Assembly (NCBI GenBank): GCA_047601445.1
Contig: JASGJH010000001.1
Location: 4,928,001 to 4,992,000, forward strand
Direction of reading: 5' to 3'
Length of the DNA stretch: 64,000 nt
Source of the DNA: Myxococcales bacterium
Lineage (GTDB): Bacteria; Myxococcota_A; Polyangia; Polyangiales; DASUME01
Shown here: piece by piece, positions 39,463 to 48,927 of the stretch
Numbering within the stretch: the stretch's first letter is position 1
Layout of the letters: each line of letters starts with the position of its first letter
Made by a program: the position numbers and the translations under genes
The notes under the pieces: generated by a model
Database searches by the model: none
The model's input: the letters and a program-made list of their open reading frames with translations, nothing else
Told to the model about the DNA's origin: nothing

Positions 39463-40886
39463 ATCGTCGTCGTTTCCTGCGTGGATTGGGCGGCGTGGTG
39501 GTGGGCTTGCCGCTGCTCGAATCGCTCGGCTTTCGCCGCTTCGTGCGCTCGCAGAGCACGCCCGTGACCCGGCGCTTCGTCACGTTCTTCCAGTGCAACG
39601 GCGCCAACATGCAGAAGTTCTGGCCGGCCGACGGGGTGGGCTTCGGCGATCTCACCGACGCGCACTTCGGTGCGGACCGCACGCTCTATGCGCTGCGTGG
39701 CTACAAGCAGAAGCTGCTCTTGCCCCGCCACATGAACATGTCCCCCAAGGGCTTCGGCCAGGACCCGGGCACAAACGGCTGCGACCATCAAAAGGGCATG
39801 GGGCAGAAGCTGACCGCGGCGCCGCTCGACACGTCCGGTTTCGCCACGGGCATCTCGCTCGACCAGTTCATCGCCAAGCAGGTGAACCCGATGGGTCGCC
39901 CTGCGCTCACCATCGGCGTGCACAACACGGGCGGTGGAGGCACCGGCAGCATCTCCTACAGCGGTCCGATGCAGCCCGTGACCAGCGAGTCGAATCCCAG
40001 GCTGGTGTTCCAGGACTTGATGGGGCTGGGCAGCACGCCGAACCCGCAGGTCGAAGACCTGCTGACCAAGCGCAGAAAGAGCGTGCTCGACCTGGTGAGC
40101 GAGGACTTCGCCACTCTCCAGGCCAAGCGCCTCAGCAAGAACGACCAGATGAAGCTCGACATGCATTTCAGCACCATCCGCACGCTCGAGCAGGAAATCA
40201 CGATGCCGATGGGCCCCGTGATGGGCTGCCACCCGCTCGAGACGTCACGCCAGCAGGAGATCGCCACGGCCGACACGGGCGTGAACATCAAGGCCGACGA
40301 GCAGTATCCACGCGCGGGGCGCATGCAGATGGACCTGATCGCACTCGCGCTGTCCTGTGATCATACGCGCGTCGCGACCTTGCAGTGGGGCGCGGGCGCG
40401 GGTGGCCCGATCTTCAAGTGGGACGGCATGAACCACCTCTACAACCACCACAAGCTCTCGCACGGCAACACGCGCGACGACAACAGTGGCGATGCAGTGG
40501 CCGGCTACGAAGGCATGATCTTCGATATCGACAAGTGGTTCGCGGGCGAGTTCGTGTACCTGCTGGACAAGCTCAACGCCTACGAGGAGGACGGCGGCAC
40601 CCTGCTCGACCACTCGCTGGTGATGTGGATCAACGAGCTCTCGGACGGCAAGGCCCACGACTTCACGGACCTGCCGACGGTGCTCGCGGGTAGCTGCGGC
40701 GGGTACTTCAAGCAGGGCAAGTACGTGGAGCTCTCCAAGGGAGGGTACGCCGATGCTCCTCACAACAAGCTACTTACGAGCATCGCTAACGCGATGGGCG
40801 CCAAGGCCGCGGGCGGGGGTCCGGTGACCCACTTCGGAGACACCAAGTACGGGGAGCCGGGGGAGTATGCGCAGTTGCTGGCTTAG
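39459..40886 (+). CDS. DUF1552-family protein with a Tat signal
   Basis: GTG start overlaps the upstream stop, with RBS CAGGAGG. 'NRRRFLRG...LPLLESL', 'RRKSVLD', 'ALSCDHTRVAT', 'HHKLSH', 'TLLDHS'. Confidence 0.88.
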   Translation: MNRRRFLRGLGGVVVGLPLLESLGFRRFVRSQSTPVTRRFVTFFQCNGANMQKFWPADGVGFGDLTDAHFGADRTLYALRGYKQKLLLPRHMNMSPKGFGQDPGTNGCDHQKGMGQKLTAAPLDTSGFATGISLDQFIAKQVNPMGRPALTIGVHNTGGGGTGSISYSGPMQPVTSESNPRLVFQDLMGLGSTPNPQVEDLLTKRRKSVLDLVSEDFATLQAKRLSKNDQMKLDMHFSTIRTLEQEITMPMGPVMGCHPLETSRQQEIATADTGVNIKADEQYPRAGRMQMDLIALALSCDHTRVATLQWGAGAGGPIFKWDGMNHLYNHHKLSHGNTRDDNSGDAVAGYEGMIFDIDKWFAGEFVYLLDKLNAYEEDGGTLLDHSLVMWINELSDGKAHDFTDLPTVLAGSCGGYFKQGKYVELSKGGYADAPHNKLLTSIANAMGAKAAGGGPVTHFGDTKYGEPGEYAQLLA

Positions 40887-41117
40887 AAGGAAACCCGCCC
40901 TCGAGACGCCCCTCCCATCATCCACGTGAACTTTGACGGCGAGCGGCGACGTGAACGTCCTCGCCCGAACCCGTCGAGCCCGTCCACCCCACCTCCCCTC
41001 GGTAAGCACCGCCGATATCGAGTCGTGACCGCAAACGACCATGGTGCTGACCGCCCTCACAGGCGCTTACCTCCAAGCTTGACCTCGGGGGCTCAAGCGC
41101 GGCACCTTTGACTGCTG

Positions 41118-42383
41118 ATGTGGCGGTCGTCCCTTATTTTCCTGGGTTTTCTTGTCTTGAGCGGCTCTGGCTTCCCCGAGGGACGTCCCCGCAAACGTGA
41201 GGGACTTCACGCGAACCTGCGCTCCGTCCAGCTGCTCCAGCATCAGTGGGCCAAGGAGCCCGAGAGTCCGGCCGCCATCGACCGCGTGATGTTCGCCCAG
41301 GCCCTGACCAAGCTCTGCGCCGGCATGCCCACGGAGCGCGCCGAGCGCTACGCCGCCTATATCGAAGACAGCGCGCGCGCCCACGGCGAGGATCCCTTCC
41401 TGTTGGCCGCCCTCATGCACCGCATGAGCCTGTGTCGCCCCGACTACTCCAACGCCATCGGCCACGGCCTCACGGCGCTCGATCCGGGGATGCTCAAGGA
41501 CAACGTACGCGGACGCACGCTGCGCTACTTGGTGCCGCAAGGCTCGGGGGCAAGCGTGGAGCGCGAGAAGACGCTGAGCCGGCCCCTCACCGAGGAGAGC
41601 GCGCTGGACGCGGAGACGAACCTGGAGTGGGCCGCAGCCGTGCTTTCGATGTTCCGCGAGCAGCACGGCGGGCTCGATGGAGACGCCGATCAAGTGGCGC
41701 ATCGCCACTACGTTTCGCACTTCATCTGGGGCGACAAGGTCCCGAGTGACCGCGAGGAAGATCGGGTGTTCACCGATCGCCGGCGCTTGCTCGAGAACTA
41801 CGGCGTCCACCAGGTCGAGCCCACCAGCACCTATCGCAACATCGTGTGGGGTTCGCCGCTGCAGGCCAGCCCGCGCGTGGTGAGCAGCGCGCCAGGTGCC
41901 GCGCGCGACGCAGGACTGCGACGGCACAAGGGTGTGGACGTCGAGTCCGTGCAGGGTGAGCCGGTGCTGGCCATGGCCGACGGCGTGGTGTTCTTCGCGG
42001 GCGTGGACTTGCCCGGCCAGGGCGCGCGGCCGCTCGATCCCAAGCAGGTGAAGCGCGTGAAGCGCGCGCGCATGGGACGTGGCGGGCGCTTCGTGTGCAT
42101 CGACCACGGGCCCGGAGGCCCACTGGAAGACGAGGCCTTCCTGCAGAGCTGCTACATGCACCTCGAAGAGATCCACGTGGCGACTGGAGAGGTGGTCAAG
42201 CGCGGACAACCGATCGGCACCGTGGGCCGCACCGGCTGCAAGCATTCACCGCCGCACCTGCACCTGGAGATCAAGAGTGACAAGCGCCGCTACGACGCGC
42301 GCGAATTCGTGCCCGGGATCCTGATCGGCGAACCGCCCCATGAGAAGTGGAAGCGCCGCAAGCCCAAAGTACCGCGCGTTTAG
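41118..42383 (+). CDS. M23 family metallopeptidase with an N-terminal lysozyme/SLT-like region
   Basis: HKGVD, YMHL and HLHLE zinc motifs; 'GEVVKRGQPIGTVGRTG'. Confidence 0.85.
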   Translation: MWRSSLIFLGFLVLSGSGFPEGRPRKREGLHANLRSVQLLQHQWAKEPESPAAIDRVMFAQALTKLCAGMPTERAERYAAYIEDSARAHGEDPFLLAALMHRMSLCRPDYSNAIGHGLTALDPGMLKDNVRGRTLRYLVPQGSGASVEREKTLSRPLTEESALDAETNLEWAAAVLSMFREQHGGLDGDADQVAHRHYVSHFIWGDKVPSDREEDRVFTDRRRLLENYGVHQVEPTSTYRNIVWGSPLQASPRVVSSAPGAARDAGLRRHKGVDVESVQGEPVLAMADGVVFFAGVDLPGQGARPLDPKQVKRVKRARMGRGGRFVCIDHGPGGPLEDEAFLQSCYMHLEEIHVATGEVVKRGQPIGTVGRTGCKHSPPHLHLEIKSDKRRYDAREFVPGILIGEPPHEKWKRRKPKVPRV

Positions 42384-42443
42384 GTCAATCAATTGCCCCC
42401 CGCGAACAAGCGGCAGAGGTCGCTCTCGCGCTAACTTGGGCGC

Positions 42444-42884
42444 GTGCTTACACGTTCCTTACGCTTTGCTTGTTGGTTGCTGTTGGTAGGGTCGCAGGTT
42501 GCCTGCGCGCGCCATGACCTGCCCGAACTCGACCTGGACGAAAACGACCTGATTCACCGCCACGCCGACGCGGGCAAGCCGGGAACGCCCGAGCCCAAGC
42601 CCGAGCCAGATCCCGGACAGGGCGATGGCGACGGTGATGGCGATGATGAGCAGGGTCCGGACGAGCCGGCTCGCGACGCGTCGACCCCGGAAGAGCACAG
42701 CGACGCGGGCCCCAGCGAAGCAGATCGCACGCCGGCGGCCAGCAACGTCGATGGCTGCCCGGACACGGCACCCAAGGACGGCTTCAACGTGGGGCTGTGC
42801 AATCCCGCTGACGGGTTCATCTGCAAGTACGGGCCTTCGTTCAGCTGCTACTGCAGTGGACCAGGCTGGGTTTGCACCAAGTAG
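42444..42884 (+). CDS. Small lipoprotein with an acidic linker and a Cys-rich C-terminus
   Basis: Lipobox 'QVAC', a GDGDGDGD linker and six C-terminal Cys. GTG start. Confidence 0.6.
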   Translation: MLTRSLRFACWLLLVGSQVACARHDLPELDLDENDLIHRHADAGKPGTPEPKPEPDPGQGDGDGDGDDEQGPDEPARDASTPEEHSDAGPSEADRTPAASNVDGCPDTAPKDGFNVGLCNPADGFICKYGPSFSCYCSGPGWVCTK

Positions 42885-43015
42885 GACGCTGACGAAGTCA
42901 GCGCCCTACTTCCCGTGCCAGCCCTGCGCCAGCAAGGCGTGCCCGTGCCCGCACCCGAATTAGTGCGCCCGACCTCATGCACCCGAACCAGTGCGCTGAC
43001 TTCGTCGGCGCCTGC
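42881..43015. repeat. Inverted pair of GTAG-type REP-like hairpins between convergent genes
   Basis: Left copy GTAGGACGCTGAC-GAA-GTCAGCGCCCTAC (42881-42909). The right copy reads GCAGGCGCCGACGAAGTCAGCGCAC on the minus strand (42991-43015). Confidence 0.75.
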
Positions 43016-43239
43016 TAGCCCTTGACCTTGAGCTCGTCGCGCACGCTCTTCGCCACGTTGAGGCCGCGTATCATCTCGGTGATTTGTTGGCGCTCGGTTT
43101 GACCGGGCACCTCGCCGCGGAGCGTGACGATGCCGTCTGCCACCCGCACCTCGAGCGTGGGTGTTTCGCCCTGGAACGGCAGCTGCACGAGGCGCTCATG
43201 GACGGCCTCGCGGATTTGTTCGTCGGATTGTTCAGCCAT
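43015..43239 (-). CDS. BON-domain protein
   Basis: 'SDEQIREAV', 'VRVADGIVTLRGEVP', 'VRDELKV'; GGAGGA RBS. Confidence 0.85.
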   Translation of the reverse strand: MAEQSDEQIREAVHERLVQLPFQGETPTLEVRVADGIVTLRGEVPGQTERQQITEMIRGLNVAKSVRDELKVKG

Positions 43240-43442
43240 GTCGTCCTCCAGTCCGGTTGGGTAGACACGAGCCCCCCGCTCGCAACATCAGCGGCCCTGG
43301 AGCAAAGCGTGCACGCATGCACCGTGGAGCGTGACGAAGGTCACGAGCAGCGACCGGAAGCGGCGTACCAGAGCGGAAAAATCGCCGAAGGATGCGAGCC
43401 TTTCGAGGCTCGTGCGCACTTGCAATACACAGGTGATCCATC

Positions 43443-44387
43443 ATGGCGACGCACTATGGGAGAACGCTTCTCTCGGTGGGAAGCATCAATCTGGACATTC
43501 AGGTTCGCGGCAAGCCGGCGGCCGGGGAGACACTCAAGGCCCGCGACTACTTGCGAGCAGGCGGAGGTAAGGGTGCCAACGCGGCCGTCTTCGCTGGCAG
43601 GCTCGAAGCCAACACCGCGCTCGTCGGACGCGTGGGCGACGACGCGTTCGCCAAGCTCGCGCTGCGCGAGTTGCGCGCTGCGCGCGTGGACCTCGACGGG
43701 GTGCTCGAGCGTCCAGGCAAGGACACAGGCAATGCAGTGGTGATCGTGCAGGACGATGGCACCAAGATGATCGTGCTGGCGCCCAACGCCAACCAGGCCT
43801 GGGAAGCCAACGCCGAGGACGTGGTCACCGATCGCGTGAATCGTTGCGGACCGGGCTCGGTGGTGGTCACCGATCTCGACATCTCTCGGCGCGTGGTGCG
43901 CGCCGCCCTGTCGGCCGCCCGTGCGCAGGGACTCATGACGGTTCTCGACCCCGCCCCCGCGACCGAGATGCGCGACGACCTCTACGCGCTGTGCGACTTC
44001 ATCACCCCCAATCCACGTGAGGCCGAGCAGCTGACGGGTGTCACAGTGAGGTCCGAGAAGGACGCAGCGAGGGCGGGCCACATCCTGCTCGATCGCGGCG
44101 TGCGCCACGCGTGCATCAAGCTGCCCCACGGGGGCGCCGCGCTGGTGGATGCACAGGGTGTGTGGGCGACCCTCGCTCCCAAGGTCAATGTGGTGGACAC
44201 GACCGGAGCGGGCGATGCCTTCGCAGCCGGACTCGGCGCGGCGCTGCTCAAGGGCTGCGACGCGCGTGAGGCGATGGTCCAGGCGGTGGCGGCCGCGTCG
44301 CTCGCGGTGACACGCTATGGAGCGCAGTTCGACTTCGAACGCAGTGAGTTCGAGACGCTGCTCGAGCGCACCCGTCAGGTCAACTAG
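43443..44387 (+). CDS. Ribokinase-like PfkB carbohydrate kinase
   Basis: 'VGSINLD', 'GGKGANAA', 'VLDPAP', 'TPNPRE', 'VDTTGAGDAF'. Confidence 0.9.
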   Translation: MATHYGRTLLSVGSINLDIQVRGKPAAGETLKARDYLRAGGGKGANAAVFAGRLEANTALVGRVGDDAFAKLALRELRAARVDLDGVLERPGKDTGNAVVIVQDDGTKMIVLAPNANQAWEANAEDVVTDRVNRCGPGSVVVTDLDISRRVVRAALSAARAQGLMTVLDPAPATEMRDDLYALCDFITPNPREAEQLTGVTVRSEKDAARAGHILLDRGVRHACIKLPHGGAALVDAQGVWATLAPKVNVVDTTGAGDAFAAGLGAALLKGCDAREAMVQAVAAASLAVTRYGAQFDFERSEFETLLERTRQVN

Positions 44388-45538
44388 AAGGCCTCCTTGA
44401 ACTGCAGATACACATAGAGCGCGTCACCGTAGGCGATGTCCAAACGGAAGTTGGCGCGCGTCTCGGACACCACCGCGAAGCGACCCCCCACGCCGCCGGC
44501 GGCGTGCAGTCCGCGGGGCGTGAAGTCCGCGACGCGCGAGGCCACCCTGCCCACCGAGCCGAATCCCACCAGCGCCCAACGGGTGGAAAGGGGCACGCGG
44601 TACTCGAACTCGAGGGCCCCGAGCACCCGGTCGCGCAGCCGCCCCTGGTACCAACCGCGAAAGAGCAAAGGTCCCCCGAGCATCGGCATCAGCTGCAGCG
44701 GCACGTCACCGAGCGTGCCCGACGCGACCAGGCGCATCGCCAACACATGATCGCGCCAGAGGGGCTGATAGTGCCGCAGGTCCGCGCGCAACAGCGTGGC
44801 CGAAAAGTCGGAGCCCAGTCGCGCCCCGAAGCGGGTGACGTCCGCGTGCAAGAAGCTCCCGCGCTCCGGCCAAAACAAGCCCTTGCGCGTGTCCCACGCC
44901 GCGACCGCGCCCAACCCATGCCAGTGCACGCTTCCCACGCCGAGCGGGCCCGCAGCGCGCAACGCTCGGTCTTCTTGCTCGGAGTCACTGAAGCGCAGTT
45001 GATGGTGGAGCCCGAGGTACAGCCTCGAGATGACGCGATGTAGGAGCTCGGTCTCGGCCTGGCTGTAGTGATCGGTGTAGTCCTGACGATCGCTGACGCG
45101 CGTGTGGTTGCCGATCCCATAGAAGCGATCGGGCCAATCCACGTAGCGAAGGTCCTGCCACAACACCCAGCGGTCATCCCTGAAATGCAGCTCGGCGGTG
45201 CCCCCCGCCACCGTTTGCTTGCGGGTGGTGTAGATGCCGTAGGCGATCACGTTGCTGGGGCGGTCGCGAAAGGCACCTGGTAGCTGCCAGGTGGACAACA
45301 GGCCCGCGCCGAAGCCGAACTGCGTCTCGGGCGTGTAGAGCACGATGGGTACGGCCGTGACGTACCTCCACCATGGGGTCTCTGGCTCGATCTCGGGGGT
45401 GATCACGTTCTGGTGCGGCGGGGGCGCGGCCGGCTCCGCGTTCGCGGGCGTGGGCGAGCTCACCTGAGCATGCGCAGAACGCAGGCCGAGCAGGCTCAAC
45501 ACGGCGCAACAGAGCCATGAAAGTCCGAACCGCAGCAC
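44384..45538 (-). CDS. Omp85/BamA-TamA-family outer-membrane beta-barrel with no obvious POTRA domains
   Basis: Signal peptide, 'YTPETQFGFG', 'LGG...FRGW..GR.RD', 'EYRVP', 'GVGGRF', 'RLDIAYG' and a terminal Phe. Confidence 0.8.
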   Translation of the reverse strand: MLRFGLSWLCCAVLSLLGLRSAHAQVSSPTPANAEPAAPPPHQNVITPEIEPETPWWRYVTAVPIVLYTPETQFGFGAGLLSTWQLPGAFRDRPSNVIAYGIYTTRKQTVAGGTAELHFRDDRWVLWQDLRYVDWPDRFYGIGNHTRVSDRQDYTDHYSQAETELLHRVISRLYLGLHHQLRFSDSEQEDRALRAAGPLGVGSVHWHGLGAVAAWDTRKGLFWPERGSFLHADVTRFGARLGSDFSATLLRADLRHYQPLWRDHVLAMRLVASGTLGDVPLQLMPMLGGPLLFRGWYQGRLRDRVLGALEFEYRVPLSTRWALVGFGSVGRVASRVADFTPRGLHAAGGVGGRFAVVSETRANFRLDIAYGDALYVYLQFKEAF

Positions 45539-45922
45539 GGGGGGTCGCCGACTCTAGCCCGCCTCGCCGGCGCACCCGCAGTTCGCGCCGGGTGTGCCCC
45601 GCGCTTACGGATTGAGGCCTGGATCTCGCTCAATTGAACGCTTTCGTCTCGGTGCGACCGCCTGGCGCCGGCAGCCCCCGAACGCCCTCCCGCCCATGCA
45701 TCTCCCACGGCGTTCACCCGCTCGGCCCATGTCCGCGCCCGCCGAGGCTATCGCGCAACTCCGAGGGGTGAGTTCAGGCTGCGAGATCCTGAGGGATGTC
45801 CGTCTGCAGCCCGATTTTGTCCGCCTCGAGCACGGATCGCGCGCGGAATTGGGGGGCTCGACTGTCCGAAGGGAGGGGAGGCTGGTTTGACTCCACTGAC
45901 TGTGATAACAGTGGCGGCGAGC

Positions 45923-46738
45923 ATGTCTCTCGCCGTCGTTCGCAACCTGTCCCTCGCAGACCAGGTGTTCCAGCAACTCGCGAGCGCCATCATTTCATCT
46001 CGTTACAAGCCCGGGCAGGCGTTGCCCGCGGAGCGCAAGCTGGTGGAGACCTTCAAGGTCAACCGGCACGTGGTGCGCGAAGCCCTCAAGCGCCTCGAGC
46101 AAATCGGCCTCGTGCGCATCACACAGGGTGGCGGCACACACGTGCTCGACTTCACCAAGCACGCCGGCTTGGACCTGCTAGCCATGATGGCCGACTACTC
46201 CAACGCCCAGCAATCCGCGATGGGCGTGTGGCTGGCCGTGCACGAGATGCGCGCGGTGATCATGGCCGACGCTGTGAGACTGTGTGCCGTGCGTGGGGGC
46301 GCCGAGCTCAAGGCCGAGCTGGTGGAGATCGCCGCCAAGATGCACGCCCTCGGCGACGGTCCGGAGCTCTATACGCTCGAGATCTCGTTCTGGGATCGGG
46401 TGCTCGAAGGGGCGAACAACATCGCCTACCGACTCGCGTTCAATAGCTTGGTCAAGGGCACCCACGCCCCAGCCGTAAGCGACATTGCACGTGTGTGGGC
46501 CATCTTCGAGGTCAAGCAGGGCGGCTACCGAGTGGAGCTGGCCAAGCACATCCAAGCCGGCGACGGCACGGCCGCTGAAACCAACGCCCGCGATTCGGTG
46601 CGCATGGTCACCGAGGCGCTCTCGCGCGTGGCCCAGGCCGCCAGCATGGCGCCGGTCCCCTTCACGGAGCCCGAGGGTGTTGAGCTGCAAGCCGCGACGG
46701 TGCGCCGGCGCCCCAAGCGCACGCCTTCCACCACCTGA
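45923..46738 (+). CDS. GntR/FadR-family transcriptional regulator
   Basis: 'SLADQVFQQL', 'PGQALPAERKL', 'VNRHVVREALKRL..IGLV...QGGG'. Confidence 0.92.
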   Translation: MSLAVVRNLSLADQVFQQLASAIISSRYKPGQALPAERKLVETFKVNRHVVREALKRLEQIGLVRITQGGGTHVLDFTKHAGLDLLAMMADYSNAQQSAMGVWLAVHEMRAVIMADAVRLCAVRGGAELKAELVEIAAKMHALGDGPELYTLEISFWDRVLEGANNIAYRLAFNSLVKGTHAPAVSDIARVWAIFEVKQGGYRVELAKHIQAGDGTAAETNARDSVRMVTEALSRVAQAASMAPVPFTEPEGVELQAATVRRRPKRTPSTT

Positions 46739-46764
46739 CCAAGTGCCGTGAGACCCACGGCAAC

Positions 46765-48927
46765 TTAGGCAGCGCGCTTCACTTCCGAGAGGCGCTTCTG
46801 GAGCTGGGCCACGCGCTCGCGTGAGAGCTGGCTCCCACCGTAGCGGGCCGCCGTGTAGGCGTCGGTCAGCTCGCGTACTTGGGGCGCCGTAGGGAAACCT
46901 TCTCGCTCGAGCGCGCGCGCATGGGCCTCCGGACTGACGTGAATCGGACGCGCTTTGCCCTGCTTCGCGAGCGCACGCTCGAGCTCCCGATACAGCGCCT
47001 GGGCGCGCCGCGCCGATTCAGGCAGTGCGCGCACGGCGGCGGCCCGGCGACGTAGGGCCCGCCACACCAGGAGCAGCACCACGATCACCGCGAGCCCCAT
47101 CGCCAGGCGACTCGGAAGCTGACCGATGGCGTCGCCATTCTTGTTGCGGGCGCCGTCCGCAGGGCCGGAGGAGGGCTTGATTCCTTCGAGGCTAGGCCAC
47201 TTGATCTCGCGCAAAAACGCCTGCATTTCGCGCAAGAATCGGATCTGCGCGCGCACGTCGTAGCTGACCACCTTGGTCATCCAGTAGGCACGCGCGGCAT
47301 CCACCATCGCGCTCAAGTCGCGCACCAACCAGTCGTTCGGCCCCACCTCGTAGCGAGAAGCCGGGGTCGGATCGAGCGTCACCCAGCCGCGCTCCGGAAA
47401 CTGCGCTTCGACCCAGCTGTGCGCGTCCGATTGTCGGATCCCGTAGTAGCCGCCGTAAGGGTTGTACTTACCGCCCAGGAAGCCGGTCACGTTGCGGCTC
47501 GGGATGCCGACCGCGCGCAACATGATCGCCAGCGCCGTCGCGAAATACTCGCAGTGGCCACGGCGGGCCTCGAACAAGAACACCTCGAGCGGCGGCTTCG
47601 AGCCCACGTCGGGCATATCGGTGCTGTATCGGTAGCGGCCACCGTCGCGTAGGTGAGTGAGCAAGCGGGCGGCCTTCTCCCGCGGGTCGGAGAGGTCCTT
47701 GGTGAGCTCACGCGCCAGCGCGTACACGCGTTCGTGCCCAGGTGGCAGCGCGAGGTAGCGATCGTCGTCGAGGTCGCGGGCCAAGGGCACGTCGAAATCG
47801 CCGAGGTCCGTGCTGACCACCGCGTCATACATGAGGGCGATGTCTTCGGGCGCGCGGAAGCGCAGGTCGAAGCCGTGCCCGCGCGTGAGCTCCACCTTCT
47901 CGCGTGGGCCGCCGGGCAGGCCGCGGTGCGGGATGCGCACGCCCACGCTGCCGTGGGGCAAGAACAACACGGGCTCGTCGAGCCGCTCGAGGATCAGCTT
48001 GAAGATGCGATCCTCAGGGCGGCCCATGCGGCGCAGCGCGAAGTACTCGTTGAGGCGGGCCATCGGCACCGCGGCGTCGCTGGAGCGCGTCCAGATGCGC
48101 CCGTCGTAGCGATCGAAGGCGGTCCCGCGCAGACGCAGGTAGCGCGCCTCCTCGCGCGGCGTGAGTGGGCGATCGGGCGTGAGTCGGATGACCACCGTGG
48201 GGTCGTCGCGGATGACACCGAACTGGCCGAGCTCGATGTTGTTTCCGAAGCCTGCCATGTGCTGCCCGCGCGAGCTGCCGAAGCTCAACATGCCGAGCCC
48301 GACGCGCGGAAAGATCACGAACAGCCCGAGGGTCATCAGCAACATGGGCACGCTCAGCAGCAGCGTCCACAGCAAGAACGGCGCGCCCACGATGCGTTTG
48401 GAGGAGAGCACGCGCGCGAGATCGGTGCCGCCGCGCGCATCGGCCTGCGGCGGGTAGTTGCGCTCGATCTCACGGCGAAGGTGCGCGAACGTGAGCACCC
48501 ACGGAGTCACGATCACGAAGGCCACGAACAAGACCGCGTAGCCGAGATCGGTGGTGAGCACCGTGGCTGCGATGAGCTGGACGAAGGCCAACATGGCGAT
48601 CTGCTGGTAGTCGGCCGCGTTGCGTCGGTTGCTGAGCCGCGAGATGGTCAAGAGACCCGCGAACTCCATGGTCAGTGCGAGCCAACCGTCGCCAAAGAAC
48701 AGGCCGCGCGCCACTTGCAGCGCGAGCGCCGCGGGCATGAGCCAGCTCCACAACCTGCTCCAGGCAGGGCGCGCGAACCAGGGCCCCTCCGCGAACCAGC
48801 TGGCGACGAAGCCCACACCCAGCGCAGCGAGCGACGCCGGCGAGAGCTCGCCGCCGAAGCTGAGCGCGCACAGGCCGAGCGCGGCGAGCAGGTAGGTGAC
48901 GACCTTCTGGAGCGCGCCGAAGCTCAT
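46765..48927 (-). CDS. TgpA-like membrane transglutaminase (DUF3488, TGase, DUF4129)
   Basis: Multiple TM helices, 'FPRV', 'YLRLRGTAFDRYDG', and the triad GHCEYFA, DAHSWVE, LDPTP. Confidence 0.88.
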   Translation of the reverse strand: MSFGALQKVVTYLLAALGLCALSFGGELSPASLAALGVGFVASWFAEGPWFARPAWSRLWSWLMPAALALQVARGLFFGDGWLALTMEFAGLLTISRLSNRRNAADYQQIAMLAFVQLIAATVLTTDLGYAVLFVAFVIVTPWVLTFAHLRREIERNYPPQADARGGTDLARVLSSKRIVGAPFLLWTLLLSVPMLLMTLGLFVIFPRVGLGMLSFGSSRGQHMAGFGNNIELGQFGVIRDDPTVVIRLTPDRPLTPREEARYLRLRGTAFDRYDGRIWTRSSDAAVPMARLNEYFALRRMGRPEDRIFKLILERLDEPVLFLPHGSVGVRIPHRGLPGGPREKVELTRGHGFDLRFRAPEDIALMYDAVVSTDLGDFDVPLARDLDDDRYLALPPGHERVYALARELTKDLSDPREKAARLLTHLRDGGRYRYSTDMPDVGSKPPLEVFLFEARRGHCEYFATALAIMLRAVGIPSRNVTGFLGGKYNPYGGYYGIRQSDAHSWVEAQFPERGWVTLDPTPASRYEVGPNDWLVRDLSAMVDAARAYWMTKVVSYDVRAQIRFLREMQAFLREIKWPSLEGIKPSSGPADGARNKNGDAIGQLPSRLAMGLAVIVVLLLVWRALRRRAAAVRALPESARRAQALYRELERALAKQGKARPIHVSPEAHARALEREGFPTAPQVRELTDAYTAARYGGSQLSRERVAQLQKRLSEVKRAA

